Below, in pieces: positions 25,753 through 35,000 of a stretch of 64,000 nt of DNA. Each line of letters starts with the position of its first letter. Position 1 is the first letter of the stretch. The notes under the pieces are model-generated. The model was given only the letters and a program-made list of their open reading frames with translations. It was not told where the DNA came from and searched no databases. The translations under genes and the position numbers were made by a program. The stretch comes from a virus: IMG/VR virus record IMGVR_UViG_3300043081_000027. One strand, given 5' to 3'.

Positions 25753-25971
25753 CTAATAAGTATATTTAGTTTTTGCTAAAATCCAACCCTCAGCATCAGG
25801 AAGATCTGATTGCCTTAGAATTTCATCTACAGTAAAATTATTTGCTTTAATAGAATCTTTTACAGTGGATTCTGTCCAATCCACCGTAAAAGTTTTCCGT
25901 AAAGTCATTTCTATAGTTACCTCTATTGGATTTTTCATAGTAATTATAAACTTAGAAATGTTAAAACACAA
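25753..25971 (-). CDS. hypothetical protein
   Basis: ORF. Confidence 0.4.
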   Translation of the reverse strand: MCFNISKFIITMKNPIEVTIEMTLRKTFTVDWTESTVKDSIKANNFTVDEILRQSDLPDAEGWILAKTKYTY

Positions 25972-25982
25972 GTTAATAAATA

Positions 25983-26285
25983 TTAATCTGAAACACTTTC
26001 TTGTAGAAGTTCTGCCACTACATCAATATTGTTCATGATTTGCCAAAATATATCAACTTTTTCAGATTCAGTTTGTGAAGGCCAATCAGATAATACTATT
26101 TCGTATTCACAACGTGACCACCATTGATAACGAGCATGTCTTTCCACAAAAAGTTTAAAATCATCAAGAGTTCTTGGCTTATCACCCTCTTCTTTATAAC
26201 ATTTTACTAAATAAGGTATTACGTTATAAGTTTCAAACTTCTTATGATTTATATTATAAATAATTGTATTAAATGTTCTTTTCAT
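25983..26285 (-). CDS. hypothetical protein
   Basis: ORF. Confidence 0.4.
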   Translation of the reverse strand: MKRTFNTIIYNINHKKFETYNVIPYLVKCYKEEGDKPRTLDDFKLFVERHARYQWWSRCEYEIVLSDWPSQTESEKVDIFWQIMNNIDVVAELLQESVSD

Positions 26286-26286
26286 A

Positions 26287-26748
26287 TTATTCCGAATAAT
26301 TTTCTAAATTACAACAAACATCATCAACAGTCCAACCAGAACAATCTTTTAACATAAGTTCTTTTTGAGAATCTGTAAGATACTTTTTCTCCTTTAAGTC
26401 TTTAGCTAATTCATGTGGTAATTCTATCTGCTCTTGCACTAGCTCTTGCAGGTCACAATCATCGAAGTTATAACTCTTATAACAAGTACCATCTTCGTAG
26501 TCTTCCTCTACATCAACTGCATAATCTGTAGTATATACCTTAACAGTTTTACTAATAGTTAAAGACACTGTGACCTCAAGTTCTATTTCAGGTTGCTCAT
26601 GCCAATTATAAGGAGCATCAGGGTCATTCCACGCCCCTGCAGGATAATAATCAGATTCTTTCATATTAAATTTAGAAGTTTTAGTAACTGGTGTAATGTT
26701 ATAAGTATTAACACAAATATTAAGTAATCTCCAGAATGTTTTTTCCAT
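26287..26748 (-). CDS. hypothetical acidic protein
   Basis: ORF. Confidence 0.4.
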   Translation of the reverse strand: MEKTFWRLLNICVNTYNITPVTKTSKFNMKESDYYPAGAWNDPDAPYNWHEQPEIELEVTVSLTISKTVKVYTTDYAVDVEEDYEDGTCYKSYNFDDCDLQELVQEQIELPHELAKDLKEKKYLTDSQKELMLKDCSGWTVDDVCCNLENYSE

Positions 26749-26916
26749 CTATCTTCATCGTAGAGACTAAAATATATAGCACTACAACATATTATAATAT
26801 ATGTAATTAACGTTATCATAATTTTATTTTATAATATGCCCACACTAACAAAGCAATTGGTGTTGTAAATACCCCTAATAAAAATCCTACTATAAATCCT
26901 ACCATATTTAAAGTAA

Positions 26917-28953
26917 TTAATGTATCCAATGATAACCGATTTCTGCTTCTGCTGGTATTGGAAGTTTCTTACATAGCGCCGCAGTTGCATTTTCCATACA
27001 TTCCTTTAATTTACTAAAGGCAGCATCCGCAATTTCTTTAGGAGCCTCTACAACAGCTTCATCATGTACTAAATCACATAGTAATACAGTTCCAAAATAA
27101 TTATTTTCAAGTATCCATTTAAAATACAGACTCATAGCTAACTTTAAACAAGCTATTCCAGTACCTTGTGTAGGAGAATTAAGTGCCAATCTATCCCACT
27201 TAGAAGCTGCCATATTATGCTCTGCTAATTCTGTTAAAGAATACTCTCGAATTCTTACATATTCAGGTAGATCTTCGATTGCTCGCCACTTCTTAAAGTC
27301 TTGCCAATATATTTTATGACCTGTATATTTACAAATAACTATATAACCATGAGTTCTTACAAAAGCAGAACCTTTAGCTTTAAAAGCTGCAATACCTTTA
27401 AAACCATCATTATAAGCAGCAGCAATCTCCTTAGCTTCTTGCATAGAACAACCTAAAGAATTGCTAATAGCTTTAGCAGAACCACCAAATTGTTGTGAAA
27501 ACTCTACAGGTTTAGCCTTCTTTCTAAGATCAGGTCTCAGAGCTTTAATATCCTTTACTTCAATATTAGCTAAATCTTTTGGAAAACATGCTTTTGCAGT
27601 TAGAGAATGTATATCCCCACTACCATGTAAATACTCTTCAATCATTGCAGGTTCATTGTATATATCTGCACCTAGTCTACTTTCTAGTGCTGAATAATCA
27701 CAAGAACACATTAGATTTCCAGGTTCACATACAAAGGAACTTCTAGTAGGTTCATCTGCTGGTAAGTTTTGTATTTGTACATAGCAACATCTATCGGGAG
27801 ATATATGCTTATATTTAGCTAAATCTGTGTTTTTAGACATTATACCACCTCCACAAGACATTCGTCCTGAGGAAGCACCTAATTGTTTAAATTGGGTATG
27901 TATACGTCCAGTAACAGGATTAATAGCATCTATATAAACTTTACCATAAGTAGAACAAACTTTTTGTGCACCTTTATAATCAAAATAGTGTTTAATAAAA
28001 TCATCACATATTCCCTTCTGCTTAGACAGAACACCTTCCACTATAGAATCCTTTTTACCACCAGTAATTTTATCATCTACTTTGGTATTAAATCCCAGTA
28101 AATGAACTAACTCCATTACTTGACTTGGACTATTCCAATTAATAGTAACAACAGGATCAAATTGGTCATTAAACATATTCATAGGATCATAAGAAGTAAA
28201 CTTTCTAAGAGCTTCTTTAGTTACTGATTCGTCGAGTAACCATTGATTAAGCTCCTTTAAAGATTTATTCATAGATTCTTCATCTAATTGCATCTTATGT
28301 TCCCATTTAGTAACATCCAGTTTAATACCACACCATTCCAAATAAGCTATAACAGGTACAAAAGCATTTTCTAATTTAGCTGCATTTATACAAGTTTTTT
28401 CTGAACACTCTGATAATTGTTGCTTATAAATATCTTCAAGATAAACAACATCTCCAGCAGCATATTTAATTACAGCGGGATCTAAACCTCTCCAGATGAT
28501 TTCACCTCTAGTGGTTTTATCAATGTCTACATTTAATCTTCTAAGAGCAACATCTTTAAGACTATATCTAAAGTAACGAACATCATATCCTAGATGTAAT
28601 AATTGTTCTACAATCATTGTATCCCAGCATTTTCTAGGAATGATTTTGAACTTGTATAGGAATTGAATATCAAACTTTAGATTATGCCCAATTAAGAATT
28701 TAGTTTCTAGAAGTGTTTTATAGCTTAATATATCTACAGTAGTGGTATCTACAACTATTTGAATATCAGCCTCTCTATTACCAAATTGTACACACAATAT
28801 ATCACATAAATGAGGATCTCTTCCTGAAGTTTCGGAATCAAATTGAACCGTACTCCAAGAAGAGATCATTTTTACAGAGTCTTCTACACTTAGTTTTTGG
28901 TATAAATCATCCTGCTTGAATAATTCGTCTTGTCTACTTACTAAGTATATCAT
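26917..28953 (-). CDS. Family A DNA polymerase with 3'-5' exonuclease domain
   Basis: Exo motifs FDSETSG, HNLKFD and YAAGDVVYL; polymerase motif A CDYSALESRL, motif B RKKAKPVEFSQQFGGSAKAI, motif C LVHDEAVVEAP. Confidence 0.9.
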   Translation of the reverse strand: MIYLVSRQDELFKQDDLYQKLSVEDSVKMISSWSTVQFDSETSGRDPHLCDILCVQFGNREADIQIVVDTTTVDILSYKTLLETKFLIGHNLKFDIQFLYKFKIIPRKCWDTMIVEQLLHLGYDVRYFRYSLKDVALRRLNVDIDKTTRGEIIWRGLDPAVIKYAAGDVVYLEDIYKQQLSECSEKTCINAAKLENAFVPVIAYLEWCGIKLDVTKWEHKMQLDEESMNKSLKELNQWLLDESVTKEALRKFTSYDPMNMFNDQFDPVVTINWNSPSQVMELVHLLGFNTKVDDKITGGKKDSIVEGVLSKQKGICDDFIKHYFDYKGAQKVCSTYGKVYIDAINPVTGRIHTQFKQLGASSGRMSCGGGIMSKNTDLAKYKHISPDRCCYVQIQNLPADEPTRSSFVCEPGNLMCSCDYSALESRLGADIYNEPAMIEEYLHGSGDIHSLTAKACFPKDLANIEVKDIKALRPDLRKKAKPVEFSQQFGGSAKAISNSLGCSMQEAKEIAAAYNDGFKGIAAFKAKGSAFVRTHGYIVICKYTGHKIYWQDFKKWRAIEDLPEYVRIREYSLTELAEHNMAASKWDRLALNSPTQGTGIACLKLAMSLYFKWILENNYFGTVLLCDLVHDEAVVEAPKEIADAAFSKLKECMENATAALCKKLPIPAEAEIGYHWIH

Positions 28954-29225
28954 TTATTTGAATACATTAAAGTGTCAGTCCATTCACCCCATTTATAAAC
29001 TTCAAATGTAGGTAAATTATCACCTTCATATTTTAACTCAGTTTCTGGTAAATATTCATACTCACTTATTTCATATGATATACCTTCTGACATTAGACAA
29101 TCTTCAAAATCATATAAAGCTTTACATTCTTTAGCGATTTCTTTGATCTTTTCTTCTGTTACATCATCAACATCAATTTCAACTCGCTTCCAGATTTCTA
29201 CCTTTTCATCAACACATATTTTCAT
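28950..29225 (-). CDS. hypothetical small acidic protein
   Basis: ORF; ATGA-type overlap with the polymerase gene. Confidence 0.4.
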   Translation of the reverse strand: MKICVDEKVEIWKRVEIDVDDVTEEKIKEIAKECKALYDFEDCLMSEGISYEISEYEYLPETELKYEGDNLPTFEVYKWGEWTDTLMYSNK

Positions 29226-29484
29226 CCAAGTACTCTTTTAACGAATCCATAATAGTATTAATAATATCCCAGTAATCATCATCCGATATATCATAATAAT
29301 CCTCTATAATTTCAGCTAAATAAAAATCACTATTATTATCAAGTTCATTTATAATAGATTTTTTACTTATTTCTGTACCATTATTGTCTAGTTCTTCTGT
29401 TATTCTATTAACCAATTTAGCTAAATCAATAATTGCAGATGTATAAACAAGGACAGAATAATCAACTATAATTTCAGATTTCAT
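29209..29484 (-). CDS. hypothetical small acidic protein
   Basis: ORF. Confidence 0.4.
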   Translation of the reverse strand: MKSEIIVDYSVLVYTSAIIDLAKLVNRITEELDNNGTEISKKSIINELDNNSDFYLAEIIEDYYDISDDDYWDIINTIMDSLKEYLDENMC

Positions 29485-29501
29485 AATAATTTAATTTTAA
29501 T

Positions 29502-29807
29502 TTATACTTCAAAACATTGTTCTGGTAACCAATGACCATTCTTAAATACATTACAAGCAAAGTAATCATCCCCAGGCTCTTCTGATAAACACCTAAAATA
29601 AATATCTTTAGTGCCTTCTGGGATAGCATCAAGAACTCTTTCTGGAAAATCCCAATTAGAGCAAAATTCGCCTTCTATAAAGTTTAAACTTTCATCCTCA
29701 AATGTAATTTCGTAATAAGCTAAGGATAAATCTTCAAAAGTTTGTTTCCATTGAGCTATATTTTCACTTTCTAGATAAAATCTATTTGTACATATATTTG
29801 CCATCAT
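29502..29807 (-). CDS. hypothetical protein
   Basis: ORF. Confidence 0.4.
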   Translation of the reverse strand: MMANICTNRFYLESENIAQWKQTFEDLSLAYYEITFEDESLNFIEGEFCSNWDFPERVLDAIPEGTKDIYFRCLSEEPGDDYFACNVFKNGHWLPEQCFEV

Positions 29808-30040
29808 TTTACTATTTTATAAGTTACATTTTCTTCATTCCAACCTTCTAAATCAGTTCCTGATATACCAATACCTCTAGACTGTAGAAACTTTATTAAA
29901 GTATTTATTATGTCTTTAGGCTTTTGTATATTTTCAGAATATCTCTTTAAAAAGTCTTCATCCGATTCTCCTTCATTTTGTTCAAAATAAAGGGTTCTAT
30001 TCATATTCAAGCTTACTTGAATTCCTTTATACATACTCAT
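29804..30040 (-). CDS. hypothetical protein
   Basis: ORF; ATGA overlap with the sigma gene stop. Confidence 0.4.
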   Translation of the reverse strand: MSMYKGIQVSLNMNRTLYFEQNEGESDEDFLKRYSENIQKPKDIINTLIKFLQSRGIGISGTDLEGWNEENVTYKIVK

Positions 30041-30897
30041 AACAACGCTTCAAATTTAGTTCTGTCTTTAGTTTGAAAATCCTTAATAAGTTTATGATGA
30101 ATTTGTCTAATCCTCTCAGAACTTAATGCAAACTTACGGGATATTTCATTATAATCCATTTCATTACACCCTTTAAGACCATACAGCATACAAATAATAT
30201 CATGGTCACGACTACTTAATTTCTCAAGTATTTGCGATATTCTATCTGCGATATAATTATTATTAGTAATAGCTTCTGGATTATCTGAAATTGGATTAGG
30301 AATGCAATCTCCAATAGTGCAATCTTCTGAATCATCAATACTAGGAGCATCAATACTTACACAGTTATTTGTAGAAGTTTGTACATCTCTAATCATATCC
30401 TCGGTAAATCCTGATAATTCTGAAAGTTCTTCAACAGAAGGCTCACGTTCATTTAACTGCTTAAACTTAGCTGTTAATTTATTTAGCTTAGTTTTAGGTT
30501 CTATTTGAGAAGTCGGAAGTCTTACATTATTTCCTGTATAATAAATAGATTTTAATATAGCTTGTCTAATCCACCATACAGCATAAGAAATAAATCGAAA
30601 GCCTCTTCTTTCATCAAACTTTGTAGCTGCTACAACCATTCCAGCATTTCCCTCAGCAACTAAGTCTTCCAAAGGAACACCTCTACCTTGATACTGTTTA
30701 GCAACAGTAATAACAAATCGAAGATTGGCAGATACTAATTTATTAAGAGCATTCTTATCACCCTCTCTAATTCTTTTAGCTAATTCACACTCCTCTTCTT
30801 TACTAATCATTTCAATATGACTTACATCTTTTAAATACATATTAAAAGATTCCGTATTTCTAGGGGTGATACTTTTAGTTATATTAATAGCTTTCAT
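30037..30897 (-). CDS. Sigma-70 family RNA polymerase sigma factor (regions 1.2, 2, 3 and 4; primary-sigma-like)
   Basis: Region 2 ANLRFVITVAKQYQGRGVPLEDLVAEGNAGMVVAATKFDERRGFRFISYAVWWIRQAI matches RpoD ANLRLVISIAKKY...YRRGYKFSTYATWWIRQAI; region 4.2 HTH NEISRKFALSSERIRQIHHKLIKDF. Confidence 0.85.
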   Translation of the reverse strand: MKAINITKSITPRNTESFNMYLKDVSHIEMISKEEECELAKRIREGDKNALNKLVSANLRFVITVAKQYQGRGVPLEDLVAEGNAGMVVAATKFDERRGFRFISYAVWWIRQAILKSIYYTGNNVRLPTSQIEPKTKLNKLTAKFKQLNEREPSVEELSELSGFTEDMIRDVQTSTNNCVSIDAPSIDDSEDCTIGDCIPNPISDNPEAITNNNYIADRISQILEKLSSRDHDIICMLYGLKGCNEMDYNEISRKFALSSERIRQIHHKLIKDFQTKDRTKFEALL

Positions 30898-31142
30898 TCG
30901 TTCCTATAAATTTTAGTAGTATGCCAATTATTTTTACGATATGTGTCACGTACTTGTTCTATATAATCTCTAGCTAGTGCTACACTTGCAAATTCACGTG
31001 TGCGAAGGCAAGCTGGTATATCATACGGAGTTGGGGTACACTCAAGTTTCCAACCATTCCAATGGTGACGCTCTACTAAATAACGAGCGTCACCATTATC
31101 ATTTACTTGTCTAAGTATTCTAAATTTAAGCATTATCCTCAA
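30894..31142 (-). CDS. hypothetical protein
   Basis: ORF. Confidence 0.4.
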   Translation of the reverse strand: MRIMLKFRILRQVNDNGDARYLVERHHWNGWKLECTPTPYDIPACLRTREFASVALARDYIEQVRDTYRKNNWHTTKIYRNE

Positions 31143-32502
31143 TATTTACAGAATTGTCAGCAAGTTCTTGTTTAACAAAAGCAAAACATTTTAACTTAAA
31201 AGCTTCAGAACGCATATTTTCTACCTTAATAACTAGTCCTTCATGAGGAACTTTATTATTACAACTAGGTGAAGGTTCTTCCATATAAAAATCTTTGTTA
31301 TTAGTGAGGAAATTTATAAAATTCTCACAATAACTTAGATTATCATCATAGCCATTCATACCCCAAGTAAGCTTACCAGCTTCTCCGTAGTAATATTCAG
31401 TTACTGGAATTAAACCATTATTCTTACACCATTGTTGTACTTCTTTAGCAGAAAACTCATGTACTTTACCATCCTCATTAGTTAAAGTAATTCTATATAC
31501 TCGTACTTTAAAGTTTATTTCTGGTTCGAATGATACTTTACCATTTTCATCAGTTTTTGGAGGGCAACATCCATAATCATAATTCTTCTGAATGAAATTA
31601 CCATTAGGTAAGTATCCAACTATCTCGTAATATAAGGACATACCTTTCCAGAGTTTGTCTTTAACATACTCATGTGCATACTTCCATATATCACAAGTTT
31701 CTTCAACACCTTGATATCTATTCTTAATTACATTCTTAGAAGAATATAAATATTCATAGCTTCTCCAGTTAATACACCAATCACCTATTGTATTAGATAA
31801 CCAGTTTATTAGCTTATCTCGCCAAGATAACTTGCTCTTACAAAGTAAATATGCTGACACTCCGCTAGTACCATGAATTTTCTCAGTAATACTAACTATA
31901 TCATCATAATTTACTACATAAGGACATTTTTTAATAAGGACTGTTTGATAGTGTAGTCTAAATTGTCCATCAAGGAGGAGGTCAAATCCTCCGGAATCCT
32001 TAACTTCTTTAAATTTAGATACTTGTACTTGGTTTCTTGCTTTCTTACATATCCAGATTGATCCTCCTTTAAATTCGATTGTGTCGAATTCTTTGTTTTC
32101 GTCTTTACTTGACTCATAATCACTTATAGTTGTATAATTTTGTAACCATTCTAAGAGTATCTTATACTCTATTAAAAAGCCTTCTGAAACTAAACCCTTC
32201 AATTTAATAGCAGTTACTTTACCATTATCCTCAAAGAATCCTTTCTTACTAGTATCTGCATTAAGATTAGAATGCCTATACAAGTTTGTAAATTTCAGAA
32301 AATCAGGATTAATAGTAGATAAAGTTGGAAAATATACATACAAACCAGTAGGAGAATCAACACTAACAATAACTCTATAACCATCAACAGTAGCAACCTT
32401 TAATTTAGTTACTTCGGGATTTGGATGATTAGAAAATTCTGTAATGTTAATAATCTTAGCAAGATAGTTAATATCTGCATTAGTACTTTTTATTAATTCC
32501 AT
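31126..32502 (-). CDS. ATP-dependent RNA ligase (Rnl2/Rnl5-like nucleotidyltransferase with a roughly 200-aa N-terminal extension)
   Basis: Motif I EKIHGTSG (KxHG; compare T4 Rnl2 KIHGTN), motif IV EGLVIK, motif V KLKCFAF. Confidence 0.5.
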   Translation of the reverse strand: MELIKSTNADINYLAKIINITEFSNHPNPEVTKLKVATVDGYRVIVSVDSPTGLYVYFPTLSTINPDFLKFTNLYRHSNLNADTSKKGFFEDNGKVTAIKLKGLVSEGFLIEYKILLEWLQNYTTISDYESSKDENKEFDTIEFKGGSIWICKKARNQVQVSKFKEVKDSGGFDLLLDGQFRLHYQTVLIKKCPYVVNYDDIVSITEKIHGTSGVSAYLLCKSKLSWRDKLINWLSNTIGDWCINWRSYEYLYSSKNVIKNRYQGVEETCDIWKYAHEYVKDKLWKGMSLYYEIVGYLPNGNFIQKNYDYGCCPPKTDENGKVSFEPEINFKVRVYRITLTNEDGKVHEFSAKEVQQWCKNNGLIPVTEYYYGEAGKLTWGMNGYDDNLSYCENFINFLTNNKDFYMEEPSPSCNNKVPHEGLVIKVENMRSEAFKLKCFAFVKQELADNSVNIEDNA

Positions 32503-32504
32503 AT

Positions 32505-32819
32505 TTACCCTTTATTTTCAAAGCAAAGATTATCTAGATTATAAGACGCTAAAGTATTAAACCAAGCCATATAACTTTCATCTTCCAATTCTTCTGGAGT
32601 TAGTTTATTAACATTTATGTTAACCCAATAATCATCGTTACCTTCTAAATCCTCGTACATCCCATATTCATCATGTGCATCGTCTAAGAATTCGTCTGGA
32701 TTAATATTTAACCTCTCAGTGTGTTCATCTTCTGTCATTTCAGATTCAGAATAACCTGCATAGTGTAAACTAAAACGATCATCACCGTTCAGTTCAGATG
32801 TAATAAGAAATTTATTCAT
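32505..32819 (-). CDS. hypothetical highly acidic protein
   Basis: 104-aa ORF rich in D/E. Confidence 0.4.
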   Translation of the reverse strand: MNKFLITSELNGDDRFSLHYAGYSESEMTEDEHTERLNINPDEFLDDAHDEYGMYEDLEGNDDYWVNINVNKLTPEELEDESYMAWFNTLASYNLDNLCFENKG

Positions 32820-34011
32820 AATCTCTAATAGATTTTAATACTGGTTGTAATGGAGTACCAGCATCTGAGTAATAAAAATACTTTACAGTAGCCATTTTAC
32901 CAATCAATTTATCTAAATTATCACGATATTGTTGCTTAATTTCTCTAGAACCCATAGGTTTTGCTTTAAATGGGATTCCATCGGAAGTTATTAGCTCAAA
33001 ACACATATCTTCATCACGAAGACCTTCAGATAATCCTACAATCTCGTATTCAGAATCAAAATAATGCTTGATTTTTATCATATCATTCGTGCGACCATTA
33101 GGTCTATACACTTTTTCAGGATCTCTGATAACAAGACCTTCCCAACCTTCACTTACGTATTGATCGTGTAGTTTATTCATATTATTCCAGCCAGTAACTT
33201 GTACATGAGGAACAAATTGAATAGGTAATTCACCTTCTTCAAAGTCGTAATCAGGTTGAAATTGTAAATTAAGTGTATCTCGGATTTCCATTAGAACTTT
33301 TAGACGCTCTTTAAATGTCTTAGTAGTATCTACAATATCATACAAATAATATTGTAACCAATCCATATCATAAGCATTCTTTTCCATTCTAGCGGCACCA
33401 CTAATCTGCTGCAACGACTTGCCATGTCTATATAATTCTCCGTCTAAAATTAAATTAGGATGTTCAGTAAACAATTTAACTAATCCAGGATTTTCTGTAA
33501 TATGATGAGTAGAGTAATCGTAATGCTCTCCGCCTCTGGAAGCAGTATGTATAGCCCCATCTCGGAAGTACATGAGCATTCTAACACCATCAATCTTTCT
33601 TGAAGCATACCAAACTTTATTATAGATTTTTTGATTAGTCACTTTATCAGCTTGCTTAGCAAGCATAGGTTTCATAACCCCAGCTTGATTAGTAGCTTGA
33701 TCTCCAACAATTTCACGTAATTGATCTGAAGTGTAAGTATCTGGATCATCATCTAGTTCTTTATAACCTTTATCCTTATACTCCTTGAGTTTAGAATTAA
33801 ACTGAAGTCTGGCTTGTTCTGTAACAGTTCTATTAGCTTTACCGCAAGTAATTGTAATAGGAGGTTGTTCTGTTAGTTTACCACCAAATATTCCCGTAGT
33901 TCTATTTAGAATAAATCCATGAACGTCGTCATCCCAATGAACTTCAAGTTGTACTTGTCTTATTTTATTCTTTGAGTCTATAGATACTAAATATTTATTA
34001 AGTTGATCCAT
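32812..34011 (-). CDS. ATP-dependent DNA ligase
   Basis: Motif I SRKIDGVRML (KxDGxR), motif III DGELY, motif IV EGLVIRD, motif V MIKIKH. Confidence 0.8.
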   Translation of the reverse strand: MDQLNKYLVSIDSKNKIRQVQLEVHWDDDVHGFILNRTTGIFGGKLTEQPPITITCGKANRTVTEQARLQFNSKLKEYKDKGYKELDDDPDTYTSDQLREIVGDQATNQAGVMKPMLAKQADKVTNQKIYNKVWYASRKIDGVRMLMYFRDGAIHTASRGGEHYDYSTHHITENPGLVKLFTEHPNLILDGELYRHGKSLQQISGAARMEKNAYDMDWLQYYLYDIVDTTKTFKERLKVLMEIRDTLNLQFQPDYDFEEGELPIQFVPHVQVTGWNNMNKLHDQYVSEGWEGLVIRDPEKVYRPNGRTNDMIKIKHYFDSEYEIVGLSEGLRDEDMCFELITSDGIPFKAKPMGSREIKQQYRDNLDKLIGKMATVKYFYYSDAGTPLQPVLKSIRDYE

Positions 34012-34022
34012 TATAAAATACT

Positions 34023-34331
34023 TTATGATTCTGATTCTTTTGTATCTTGTTCGTATACAGACTTAGGTACTAGTTCTATGCCGTTACCTGTAAAATCTTT
34101 TGGCAAATAAGTAAAGAATACACCTATCTTACCCTTTTGAGCAATATCAAGTATATTCTTCTTATTTTCATCAGATAAATAGCCTTCTACTAATATAGAA
34201 TAAGCAGTACGTTCTTTAATAAAGCGTTCACCTACATAAGATGTTACAGCTTTAATACAATCTGGTATTAGATCAAAGGCGTCCGTAGCTCCCGCTACGA
34301 ACACCACTTGAATAAATACTAAATCACTCAT
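34023..34331 (-). CDS. hypothetical protein
   Basis: Track ORF 34023..34469 trimmed to the internal Met (MSDLVFIQ), which overlaps the upstream stop. Confidence 0.3.
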   Translation of the reverse strand: MSDLVFIQVVFVAGATDAFDLIPDCIKAVTSYVGERFIKERTAYSILVEGYLSDENKKNILDIAQKGKIGVFFTYLPKDFTGNGIELVPKSVYEQDTKESES

Positions 34332-34581
34332 CCAATTCGTCTTCATCATAATCACCCGGTGTACCACTTTCGTCACTATACCAATCATAATCGTAGAAAA
34401 CTTTAGCATCATTGTTAAGCTCTTTACAAGAAATCCAGATGTTAGGTTTTCCAGCGTTATTACTAACAAAATTATTAATTACTTGTTTCATTTCTCTTTC
34501 AGCATCATCCTTATCAGTGGTAATGTACAAGGGGTTAGGCTCCCCATGAAACATAATTTGAACTGTATATAAAGTCATCAT
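34324..34581 (-). CDS. hypothetical acidic protein
   Basis: ORF. Confidence 0.4.
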   Translation of the reverse strand: MMTLYTVQIMFHGEPNPLYITTDKDDAEREMKQVINNFVSNNAGKPNIWISCKELNNDAKVFYDYDWYSDESGTPGDYDEDELDE

Positions 34582-34611
34582 AATTTTAAATTTTATTAAA
34601 TTAATCTTTTA

Positions 34612-34815
34612 TTACCAATCATAACTTTTAATATTTTTATTTACTTTATGGTACTTAAAATTATGGTTAGCAATTATACATTCTAATAAATAATTTTCAA
34701 CATCTCCATCTCTAAGATAAAAATTAATAATATTAAATATATAATCTTTATTTTTAGAGTTGAAATGTTGACCTGTAGAATGTATAAATTGATAAAAGAA
34801 ATCTTCTGCCGTCAT
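34612..34815 (-). CDS. hypothetical protein
   Basis: ORF. Confidence 0.35.
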   Translation of the reverse strand: MTAEDFFYQFIHSTGQHFNSKNKDYIFNIINFYLRDGDVENYLLECIIANHNFKYHKVNKNIKSYDW

Positions 34816-35000
34816 TTATCCCCAGTATGTCCGAAACCTCCAGCACCTCTTGTAGTTTCATCAAGTGAATTTACAGGAACCCACTGAATCTTAGAAACTT
34901 GCTCTAAAGTAATTTGAGCTATACGATCTCCATGACGTACTACAAAATTATTATCAGGATCAGTATTTATTAAAATAACTCCAATTTCACCGCGATAATC
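34812..35000 (-). CDS. dut: dUTPase, exon 2 (C-terminal half: DYRGE ... RIAQI ... TTRGAGGFGHTG)
   Basis: Carries dUTPase motifs 4 and 5; in the same frame as exon 1. Confidence 0.75.
   Translation of the reverse strand, partial: DYRGEIGVILINTDPDNNFVVRHGDRIAQITLEQVSKIQWVPVNSLDETTRGAGGFGHTGDK

Noticed and set aside
27461-28101. Plus-strand ORFs inside the DNA polymerase gene
   Set aside because: Antisense to a strongly supported long - strand gene. The same applies to 30302..30508, 31914..32123, 37050..37565, 39563..39751, 42285..43709, 43965..44147, 45159..45380, 46228..46416, 47474..47659, 48447..48866, 52954..53178, 55044..55941, 58670..58936, 59735..60389, 61769..61972 and 63189..63428.
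34023-34469. 148-aa ORF with hydrophobic N-terminal extension overlapping the upstream gene by 146 nt
   Set aside because: More likely starts at the internal Met (34331), giving an ATGA-type junction.
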